In this document: piece by piece, positions 25,977-32,000 of the stretch
Position numbering within the stretch: position 1 is the first letter of the stretch
How the letters are laid out: every line of letters begins with the position of its first letter
Source: Nitrososphaera viennensis EN76
GTDB lineage: Archaea > Thermoproteota > Nitrososphaeria > Nitrososphaerales > Nitrososphaeraceae
Length of the DNA stretch: 32,000 bases
Reading direction: 5' to 3'
Assembly: GCF_000698785.1 (NCBI RefSeq)
Contig: NZ_CP007536.1
Coordinates: forward strand, 2,100,001 to 2,132,000
Program-made: the position numbers and the translations under genes
The notes under the pieces: generated by a model
Told to the model about the DNA's origin: nothing
Database searches by the model: none
Seen by the model: only the letters and a program-made list of their open reading frames with translations

Positions 25977-26405
25977 TTACTTTTTCTTCTTTTCTTCCTT
26001 TGCCGGGGCTGCAGCTGCTTCGGCCGCCGCTGCAGGAGCTTCTTCCTTTGGCTTTTCCGGCAGCTTGCCTTCAACCAGGCTGACGTTCAGCTGGTAGATT
26101 TCCTCTGTGACCATGTTGCCCCTGACCAGCTTGCGGATCCTGCCTCCTTCGAGGTTCTTGGCGCCGACTCCTTCGGACATCAACACGTACTTCTTTACGC
26201 CGCCGTGAACGTCAGAGCGCATCGGGGTGCCGGACTTGTCCGAGCCGCCGGTTATCTTGACCTTGCCTCCTGAAATGCCTATTACGGATGAATCGAGAAC
26301 TGAGCCGATCCTCGCACCAAGCAGCGGCTGCGCGGCCCTATCCTTGAGCTCCTGCGACACGCTCCTGCCTGTCGAGTCGGAAATGACTAACTTGAACTGC
26401 GCCAT
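25977..26405 (-). CDS. rps6e: 30S ribosomal protein S6e (eS6) with an Ala/Glu/Lys-rich C-terminal tail
   Basis: MAQFKLVISDSTGRS...GGSDKSGTPMR is the typical S6e pattern. Confidence 0.93.
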   Translation of the reverse strand: MAQFKLVISDSTGRSVSQELKDRAAQPLLGARIGSVLDSSVIGISGGKVKITGGSDKSGTPMRSDVHGGVKKYVLMSEGVGAKNLEGGRIRKLVRGNMVTEEIYQLNVSLVEGKLPEKPKEEAPAAAAEAAAAPAKEEKKKK

Positions 26406-26430
26406 ATTGCAGAATCAAGGCGCCTTTTGG

Positions 26431-26440
26431 ATTTAATTAA
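26431..26440 (-). promoter_or_regulatory. TATA-like box of the rps6e operon
   Basis: + strand ATTTAATTAA, centred about 30 nt upstream of the rps6e ATG at 26405. It overlaps the stop codon of the HicB-like gene. Confidence 0.4.
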
Positions 26441-26685
26441 CCTTTGGCTTGCAGGTCTTGCGATATTGCTAGTTCTTTGACCTGCTGGTTCTTTATCATC
26501 TGCATTTCGTCAGGAAATGCATCCAGATAGCTGCGGACTGCCTTGTTTAGTTTATCTTCTATTTCCTTTGGCGTCTTTGCATACACCATGACCGCGGGTA
26601 TCTCTACACACTTGGCGATATAGGCGCCGTCCTTTTTCTTGAGGTGGTAGTGCAGAGTTGGCATATTCATACTGTCTTTGTGCAT
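26437..26685 (-). CDS. HicB-like (UPF0150) antitoxin-fold protein, no HicA partner seen
   Basis: LHYHLKKKDGAYIAKCVEIPAVMVYAKTPKEIEDKLNKAVRSYLDAF fits the HicB N-domain pattern (DG-Y-A-x-x-x-E-hP-G..G-T-xEA...A...YL). Confidence 0.6.
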   Translation of the reverse strand: MHKDSMNMPTLHYHLKKKDGAYIAKCVEIPAVMVYAKTPKEIEDKLNKAVRSYLDAFPDEMQMIKNQQVKELAISQDLQAKG

Positions 26686-26731
26686 AGACCTGCATATAGG
26701 ATTATATCATAACCTGATGATACTGGTTGTT

Positions 26732-26797
26732 TGCATAAGGCCGGATTTTGAGCGTGCATAAATGCATAATTTGAGCACGGCTGTGCATAATTTGCCA
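26732..26797. promoter_or_regulatory. array of four TGCATAA boxes in the divergent intergenic region
   Basis: TGCATAA occurs at 26732, 26755, 26763 and 26784. The last two extend to TGCATAATTTG. TTTGAGC-n-GTGCATAA occurs twice. Confidence 0.5.
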
Positions 26798-26915
26798 AAC
26801 ACTATGGCAGCTTTTCAAGTCATTCATTTTGGAAGATTGAGAGGGTAGATCGAGAATAAAAGAACTAATTTTGCCGTTGTTAGTTCTTTAATTCTACTTT
26901 AGATAATGCAAGCCT

Positions 26916-27386
26916 GTGTCTGAAGGAGAGGTAGTAAAGAGCGAGCCCGATATTGAACTTGAGAGCCGGCGGGCAAAGGTGATCTCGCTTTACAGCAAGG
27001 GACAGAGCCAGGCCGAGATAGCGGCGAAACTGGGCGTGAACCAGTCTACTGTCAGCAGGGACTTGTACGAGATAAGGAAGCAGTCAAGAAAGACAGTAGA
27101 AGAGCACGTCGTCAAGGACGCGCTCTTTGAATACTATAGATGGGCGGCCGCTGTCGACGAGGTGACGAAAAAAGCATGGGAGATAGCAGAAGATGAAAAG
27201 GCCAGCCAAAAGTCAAGGATAGAGGCGCTAGCGTTTTTGATGAGCTGCTACAACAAGAGGCTGGAGGCGATGGTCGGAGGCCCTGCTTCCGGGTACGATG
27301 CGCAGCATCATGTGGAGGACATCTGGGCGCACAGGCGCGTCTACATGAAAAAGAAGTACCGCGGACCTTATGTGTACAAGGAGTGA
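26916..27386 (+). CDS. helix-turn-helix DNA-binding protein (sigma-r4/HTH_23-like N-domain plus helical C-domain)
   Basis: 156 aa. YSKGQSQAEIAAKLGVNQSTVSRDLYEIRKQ is a canonical HTH. The C-terminal half is helical. GTG start. Confidence 0.8.
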   Translation: MSEGEVVKSEPDIELESRRAKVISLYSKGQSQAEIAAKLGVNQSTVSRDLYEIRKQSRKTVEEHVVKDALFEYYRWAAAVDEVTKKAWEIAEDEKASQKSRIEALAFLMSCYNKRLEAMVGGPASGYDAQHHVEDIWAHRRVYMKKKYRGPYVYKE

Positions 27387-27447
27387 AACATGAAATAGGA
27401 GACTAGAATTATACGAGTTTGAACCTCTGATATGTCTTCTCACAATA

Positions 27448-28605
27448 CTATTCTTCTGGCTTTGAAGACTTCTGCTCAGTATTTGGGACAGTCTCACTCT
27501 CTTTAATGAGTTCCAAGATTGTCTTGTTCTTTGCTCTTCTTTCCTTAAATTTATCTTGAAGGGCTGCAAGACTCTGATCCATCTCTTGTTCCTTATCTTT
27601 ACTAATTGTGTACTCTATCCATTTTTTTCTTAGTTCTATTTCACGAGAGTCGGCTTTCTTTTTCTTTGACAGGATATGGTATCTTCTCTTTTCTAACTCA
27701 ATGGTAAGTTCCTTTTCTCGCATCTCAATGTATTTGATCTCGATAGCATGGTTCAAGATCTCGTCTGCAATTTTGCGGATTTCTTCTTCTTCAAGATAAT
27801 CAAATTCTCGCTTTGTGATTTCGAGAAAGTCATCAAAAGAAAATGTCCCATCTTTGTCTTCTCTGATTAACGTAAGTAGAGATAATTTTGCAAAGGGATG
27901 GCTTTCAACAAACACACTTTTGAATTCACTAGTTGTTGCTACGTTTGTGAGAATTCTGCTAAAATTTTTATCATGAAGCATTGTCTTGCCTGTCAGACCA
28001 TCTTCACTAGCCGGAGTCACTAATGCAAGTGTCTCTTTTCCGCCTGTTATGTCGATGCCAATTTCCCATATCTTTATCTGACCTCCCCTGCGCAACACTG
28101 TTTTCATCATATTATTTCCATTGGGCCATCCCACACCTATGACAAACTCGTTTGAATAATTAGAATTTTTCAGATAACGTGTTTTGATATATTCTGAATT
28201 CTTACCTATCACATCGATTCGTTCTTTCATTTCATCTACCACTCTTCCTGGATCATTTACTTGACCTTTAGCTTCCCCAAAGATCACCTTGGCGGGCAAA
28301 TTAGGATGATAAAGAAGAAAATCTGTGTTGGGCACATTTAATTCACGCAGCGGTGATGCTCTGAGGAAAGTATATCCATATTTCTGAATAGAATCATCCT
28401 GAGCAAATGGGAAAATGCAAGCATTCAGGATCATTCTATGATTCTGATCCTGTTTTATTCCTTCGAGCTTGCACTTAACAATCTCTAGTTCTTCTCTCTC
28501 GTACCTTTCCTCTATAGAACTCAATAATGATTTCTTCTCTTTTTTATACTCGTCAATAAGCTCAGGGAATGTCAGATATTCTATGAATTGGGAATCATTT
28601 AGCAA
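27448..28605 (-). CDS. uncharacterised protein with a PD-(D/E)xK-like nuclease signature and a C-terminal K/E-rich coiled coil
   Basis: A 385-aa ORF in about 30% GC DNA is unlikely by chance. NTD95FLLYHPNLPAKVIFGE111AK113G (nt 28267..28323) fits D-x15-ExK after a hydrophobic strand. The last ~110 aa are heptad-like (EKELTIELEKRR...KEQEMDQSLAALQDKFKERRAKNK). No Walker A motif. Confidence 0.85.
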   Translation of the reverse strand: MLNDSQFIEYLTFPELIDEYKKEKKSLLSSIEERYEREELEIVKCKLEGIKQDQNHRMILNACIFPFAQDDSIQKYGYTFLRASPLRELNVPNTDFLLYHPNLPAKVIFGEAKGQVNDPGRVVDEMKERIDVIGKNSEYIKTRYLKNSNYSNEFVIGVGWPNGNNMMKTVLRRGGQIKIWEIGIDITGGKETLALVTPASEDGLTGKTMLHDKNFSRILTNVATTSEFKSVFVESHPFAKLSLLTLIREDKDGTFSFDDFLEITKREFDYLEEEEIRKIADEILNHAIEIKYIEMREKELTIELEKRRYHILSKKKKADSREIELRKKWIEYTISKDKEQEMDQSLAALQDKFKERRAKNKTILELIKESETVPNTEQKSSKPEE

Positions 28606-29722
28606 TTATTGGTTCACTGAATGTGGCTAGCGTTGCAGAGTCATCAAAGTTTTCTACTATGGCGTTATAGAACTTGATAAATGATTCGAATGTTGTCCTG
28701 TGCTTTGGAATCAATGCAATCTCATTTTCGATTCCGCTAAGGCCAAAAACAGTACCCTTCTCCTCATCAACAACAGTAGCTCTAAACATCATAGGATCTT
28801 CTTGAATATAGGTATCAATAAATGAAAAGTCAGCTTCTATCTCAGACATCACATCAATATCCGAGTCAGACTGAATTCTCTCGTCTATTTCATTTTGCTT
28901 GAACATATTTCTTATCATTATCTCTGATAACTTGGTACGTGGAAGGATTATTTTCCCAGCTACAATTCTTGGAATATTGAATTCTCTGTCTCCTAGAGAT
29001 ACCTTTCTAGTAGTGGCATCAAACTTTTCTGAAGTATCGCGTATTACTGTCTGCTCTACAATAACTCTTTGAATAATCTCTTGGAGGATGCTGACTGTTT
29101 CTAAATTGGCCTGTCTCAACAAAAATAGGCCATCTCTGTTAATTTGTATTTTTGATTCTCCAATCTGCATATCTATTGACATCGGGATCACACCGTAAAG
29201 CGATTGTAATTCCTTAAGAGCTTCATTGGCATCATTTCCAGAATAGGAAATACGTCGGTCCTCGTCAGGTCTAATGCGTGCAGGCATCTTCCAATGACCA
29301 TACCTCCTGCTTATGAATCTGTAAATCTTCGCATCAAACTTGCTGACTAGGTAATTCTTCATATGATCTAATGTTATGGGTCTGATCCATGCAGGTGAGA
29401 TTCCTCTTCTTGCTCGAATAAACTGCTCGAGGGTCTTTTCATACAGTTTCTCTGTGGACGAGGTGAACATCATAAGTATACCTGGCGCCCATTCATATGC
29501 GTAGAAATCGACTACTTCATTCTTATTTGCAAATAAGATTTTAGTAATTTCTCCGTAATTTTCTGGATGAAGTTCTGTGAATGTAGTCTGCCAATCCTTT
29601 CTGACGTATAATAGGTGTCCCTTTAACCACTTGAGCTGACCCGGACCAAAAACATCCTCCTTATTTCTGGCAATGTACTCTAGGAATGTTTCCAGAGAGT
29701 AGCGTTGAGGAGGAATATTCAC
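28595..29722 (-). CDS. uncharacterised 375-aa protein, first gene of the two-gene operon
   Basis: Long ORF in AT-rich DNA. GTG start preceded by GGTGA (SD-like) 7 nt upstream. 11-nt overlap with the downstream gene. No NTPase or other motif recognised. Acidic cluster SDSDIDVMSEIEADFSFID. Confidence 0.85.
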   Translation of the reverse strand: MNIPPQRYSLETFLEYIARNKEDVFGPGQLKWLKGHLLYVRKDWQTTFTELHPENYGEITKILFANKNEVVDFYAYEWAPGILMMFTSSTEKLYEKTLEQFIRARRGISPAWIRPITLDHMKNYLVSKFDAKIYRFISRRYGHWKMPARIRPDEDRRISYSGNDANEALKELQSLYGVIPMSIDMQIGESKIQINRDGLFLLRQANLETVSILQEIIQRVIVEQTVIRDTSEKFDATTRKVSLGDREFNIPRIVAGKIILPRTKLSEIMIRNMFKQNEIDERIQSDSDIDVMSEIEADFSFIDTYIQEDPMMFRATVVDEEKGTVFGLSGIENEIALIPKHRTTFESFIKFYNAIVENFDDSATLATFSEPIIAK

Positions 29723-29758
29723 ATGTGGTCACCGAAGGAGAGTATAAGATTTCCTTGG

Positions 29759-29776
29759 GCTTATATGAATATAAGC
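29759..29776. promoter_or_regulatory. inverted repeat GCTTATAT-GA-ATATAAGC overlapping a TATA-like sequence upstream of the operon
   Basis: 8+8 nt perfect arms, centred 45 nt upstream of the GTG at 29722. Confidence 0.5.
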
Positions 29777-29843
29777 AATCCGTTTATGTGTGGCATTTCT
29801 GGATAATGTAGAGATCTTTCGGTGTTAATGTATAGGCTTTTTC

Positions 29844-30116
29844 TCAAAAATCCATTATCGCTTTAACCAGCGGGCTATCCCTGTTTACCCTGTACAACTT
29901 AGTCTTACGTACAGTCCTGCAGACCTCGACTATCTTCTCTTCCTCCAAAAGCTCAAAATATTTGTTAAAAGTCTCGCTGTTCATGTCAAGGGCTTGCCTC
30001 AATTCCCTCTTTGTAAACTCGCTTGCAGGAAAGTTCAACATGCAGTCAAGAATCTTGATGTTGTGCGTATAACCAAAAGTCCTTGACAAGAGCGACAGGA
30101 ATTCCATGTAGCTCAT
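29844..30116 (-). CDS. winged-helix transcriptional regulator (small archaeal wHTH)
   Basis: From Met64 of the track ORF: MSYMEFLSLLSRTFGYTHNIKILDCMLNFPASEFTKRELRQALDMNSETFNKYFELLEEEKIVEVCRTVRKTKLYRVN. This is an HTH plus wing (KLYRVN) layout. The upstream 63 aa of the track ORF look like the antisense of a + strand zinc-ribbon ORF. Confidence 0.7.
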   Translation of the reverse strand: MSYMEFLSLLSRTFGYTHNIKILDCMLNFPASEFTKRELRQALDMNSETFNKYFELLEEEKIVEVCRTVRKTKLYRVNRDSPLVKAIMDF

Positions 30117-30143
30117 AACTGTACGTCGCCCAAGCGGTTTAAA

Positions 30144-30155
30144 GGAATTAATTCC
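30144..30155. promoter_or_regulatory. perfect 12-bp palindrome GGAATTAATTCC in a divergent intergenic region
   Basis: Lies between the wHTH start (30116, minus) and the zinc-ribbon start (30201, plus). Confidence 0.45.
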
Positions 30156-30200
30156 AAGAATGATTGAAACGGTTAAAAGCACGTACCTGAAAGCATAGGC

Positions 30201-30338
30201 GTGGCAGAAACAGAGACAAAGGAAGCTATTGAATGCCCGCGCTGTGGCTTTGAAATGAAGAACATGACAGCATGCCACATGATCTGTCCAAATTGCGGAA
30301 GTCACCTCGACTGCAGCGACAAATCGTTTTACTGGTAA
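30201..30338 (+). CDS. small zinc-ribbon protein (45 aa)
   Basis: Below the track cutoff. The GTG-start translation is VAETETKEAIECPRCGFEMKNMTACHMICPNCGSHLDCSDKSFYW, with CPRCG and CPNCG knuckles. Its stop abuts the stop of the convergent zinc-ribbon gene. Confidence 0.5.
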   Translation: MAETETKEAIECPRCGFEMKNMTACHMICPNCGSHLDCSDKSFYW

Positions 30339-30521
30339 TTAGAAGGGATTTTTGTCCCAGTTCATCTGATAATCGTCGGCCATCGTCACGGCTTTGCCTT
30401 TCATCAATTCAATATATTCGTCGTACGTAGCCGAGTAGCCGCAGAAGTCGCACCTGACGTTTGCCATGTCGTCATCGACCTGCGCCTTTTTTCCGCACTT
30501 GGGGCACTTGGCTTCAAGCAC
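30339..30521 (-). CDS. small zinc-ribbon protein (60 aa)
   Basis: MLEAKCPKCGKKAQVDDDMANVRCDFCGYSATYDEY..., with two CxxCG knuckles. Confidence 0.65.
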   Translation of the reverse strand: MLEAKCPKCGKKAQVDDDMANVRCDFCGYSATYDEYIELMKGKAVTMADDYQMNWDKNPF

Positions 30522-30600
30522 ACCCTGTCTTTGTGGCCGGCGAATATCTGTCTTGTGGATGCGTCATTTGGGGAGTAACGCCTTTTATTCCAAGTGCGGC

Positions 30601-30753
30601 ATGAGGTACATGGCAGTAATCCAGAAAATCGCCCCGTGCCTGTGGTTCGACGGGCAGGCAGAAGAGGCGGCCAAGTTCTACACGTCGATTGAACGTGGGA
30701 CGGAAGGGAACGAACGGCGAAGGACACCTGAAGGAAGGAGACAAGAGCGATGA
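30601..30753 (+). pseudogene. remnant of a PhnB-like VOC gene (N-terminal ~25 codons only)
   Basis: MRYMAVIQKIAPCLWFDGQAEEAAKFYTSI matches the conserved N-terminus of that family as I remember it. It then degenerates into ERGTEGNERRRTPEGRRQER and stops in an ATGA overlap with the next gene. Confidence 0.55.
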
Positions 30754-31523
30754 CGCAGCACAGGACCGGGACACGTGAAGAGTGGCTCGCAGCGCGGCTC
30801 GGGCTGCTCAAGGCGGAGAAGGAGCTCACGCGGCGCAGCGACGAGCTGGCGCAGCGGCGGCAGGAACTGCCGTGGGTTCGGGTCGACAAGGAGTATCGAT
30901 TCGAGACCGACGAGGGGAGCGCCTCGCTGGCGGACCTCTTCCGAGGGCGCTCGCAGCTCCTCGTCTACCACTTCATGTTCGGGCCCGACTACACGGCGGG
31001 CTGCCCGTCCTGCTCGGCGATCGCGGACGGCTTCAACGGGTTCGCCGTGCACCTGGCCAACCACGACGTGATGCTCTGGGCGGTGTCGCGGGCGCCGCTT
31101 GCAAAGCTGCAGGCGTACAAGCGGCGGATGGGGTGGACGTTTCCCTGGGCGTCCTCGCTCGGCAGCGACTTCAACTTCGACTTCAACGTCTGGTTCACCG
31201 AGGAGCAACAGCGAGAGGGGGGCGTCGAATACAACTACCAGCGCGAGGAGGCGTGGCAGTGGCGCGAAGGTCAGGAGAGTGGCGACGAGGGGCCCGTCGC
31301 CCAGATCGCGGCCATGACCGGAACCGACGTGGCCACGTACATACGCGAAAGGCCGGGCATGAGCGCGTTTGCGCTTGAGGACGGCGTCGTCTACCACACC
31401 TATTCCACCTACGCGCGCGGACTGGACGGCCTCTGGGGCATGTACCAGTGGCTCGACCGCACACCCAAGGGGCGCAATGAGACGGGCATCTGGTGGCGCC
31501 GCCACGACGAGTACAAGGGTTGA
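30750..31523 (+). CDS. DUF899 thioredoxin-like family protein
   Basis: 257 aa. REEWLAARLGLLKAEKELTRRSDELAQRRQELPWVRVDKEYRFE...LLVYHFMFGPDYTAGCPSCS is characteristic of DUF899. An AAGGAGA Shine-Dalgarno lies 8 nt upstream. Third codon positions are very GC-rich. Confidence 0.9.
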   Translation: MTQHRTGTREEWLAARLGLLKAEKELTRRSDELAQRRQELPWVRVDKEYRFETDEGSASLADLFRGRSQLLVYHFMFGPDYTAGCPSCSAIADGFNGFAVHLANHDVMLWAVSRAPLAKLQAYKRRMGWTFPWASSLGSDFNFDFNVWFTEEQQREGGVEYNYQREEAWQWREGQESGDEGPVAQIAAMTGTDVATYIRERPGMSAFALEDGVVYHTYSTYARGLDGLWGMYQWLDRTPKGRNETGIWWRRHDEYKG

Positions 31524-31526
31524 GCT

Positions 31527-31775
31527 GTGTCGTGGCGCAACTGCGGGGCGGAGATCTCACGGCGCATGGCTTCCGATCGAGCCCCTCCAAGCAAGCATTT
31601 TTTTGGCATCTCGGCGCTGCTCTTCGCTGCCAGTGTGGCGGTAACGATCGTCTGGTGCACATCCTTGTCGGCGAGGGGCGAGATGCTGCAGAGTAACGTT
31701 CAAGCATATTACTACTCGAAACAAATCTCTTCTCTGCCCTGTTCAAGATATGATACTATGCCATCGTTGATTTGA
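31527..31775 (+). pseudogene. probable 3'-truncated membrane-protein gene at the edge of the high-GC fragment
   Basis: The GC-rich part up to about 31685 encodes MASDRAPPSKHFFGISALLFAASVAVTIVWCTSLSARGEM, which contains one hydrophobic span. The ORF then continues into AT-rich unrelated sequence. Confidence 0.3.
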
Positions 31776-32000
31776 AAGCGATGCTCGCGCGTCCAGCTGG
31801 TCTTGTCCTGGTTGGTGTAGATAATGTCCCCGCCTGAGCAAAGAAGGGAAACCTGCAGAATCCTGTGCGACTTTTCGCCCGTTATCACCCACATGTAAAG
31901 ATAAGAATCGCTCCGGACGGCCGTGACATTGGAAGGGTCTATTGGTTTGCCTTCAAACGCGGATTTGCTTATCTCGTGTATGACGAGAATATCTGAACCC
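31712..32000 (-). CDS. hypothetical protein; 5' end runs off the window end
   Basis: The frame of the 60-aa track ORF stays open to position 32000 (...SDILVIHEISKSAFEGKPIDPSNVTAVRSDSYLYMWVITGEKSHRILQVSLLCSGGDIIYTNQDK...). No family recognised. Confidence 0.5.
   Translation of the reverse strand, partial: GSDILVIHEISKSAFEGKPIDPSNVTAVRSDSYLYMWVITGEKSHRILQVSLLCSGGDIIYTNQDKTSWTREHRFQINDGIVSYLEQGREEICFE

Noticed and set aside
26686-26915. A HicA toxin partner for the HicB-like gene
   Set aside because: No ORF longer than about 14 codons exists in the adjacent intergenic DNA on either strand. The other neighbour is rps6e. The HicB-like gene appears solitary.
30117-30305. N-terminal 63 codons of the 153-aa track ORF (MTSAIWTDHVACCHVLHF...)
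   Set aside because: The Cys/His/Phe-rich sequence looks like the antisense of the + strand CPRCG/CPNCG zinc-ribbon ORF. The wHTH domain starts at Met64.
26406-30600. Direct repeats (att sites) flanking the low-GC island
   Set aside because: The best match I could find by eye between the two borders is the 8-mer CGCCTTTT (near 26421 and 30570). That is too short to distinguish from chance.
30678-31505. 275-aa minus-strand ORF plus several other overlapping ORFs in the 67% GC fragment
   Set aside because: Stop codons are rare in such GC-rich DNA, so all frames stay open. Only the + frame at 30750..31523 gives a recognisable (DUF899) protein. The others are R/P/A-rich.

Overview
Archaeal chromosome segment. 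S6e, eIF2-gamma, class I CCA enzyme, AglB and TATA boxes about 29 nt upstream of start codons (leaderless-style) show this. Assigning it to a Nitrososphaeria/Thaumarchaeota-like organism is inference only. The core (about 4.8-26.4 kb) is gene-dense and about 58% GC by hand count of a sample line. It encodes an ABC-2 exporter pair, a UPF0200 kinase/UPF0201 pair, siroheme sulfite/nitrite reductase coupled to a rhodanese, uL2, AlkA, a PAC2 chaperone, an atypical kinase, CCA enzyme plus 2',3'-cyclic phosphodiesterase, two divergent deoxyhypusine-synthase paralogues, IMPase, an AglB-cyclophilin fusion, an MBL hydrolase, and a PIN-eIF2gamma-S6e operon. There are three atypical tracts. (1) 0.4-4.7 kb, on the 3' side of tRNA-Pro, is gene-poor and AT-richer. 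It holds two pseudogenes with in-frame stops, five copies of an ATGCAGTGTACAC motif and a strong hairpin cluster. (2) 26.4-30.5 kb is a 30-40% GC island with a HicB-like gene, an HTH gene, a wHTH gene and two zinc-ribbon genes. It also carries an unrecognisable two-gene operon (375 aa + 385 aa) whose second protein has a PD-(D/E)xK-like nuclease signature and a coiled-coil tail. This operon is the best candidate for an undescribed defence or mobile-element system. (3) 30.6-31.7 kb is an about 67% GC bacterial-type fragment with an intact DUF899 gene and a Shine-Dalgarno site, between two truncated genes. No CRISPR array, rRNA, integrase or transposase was seen.
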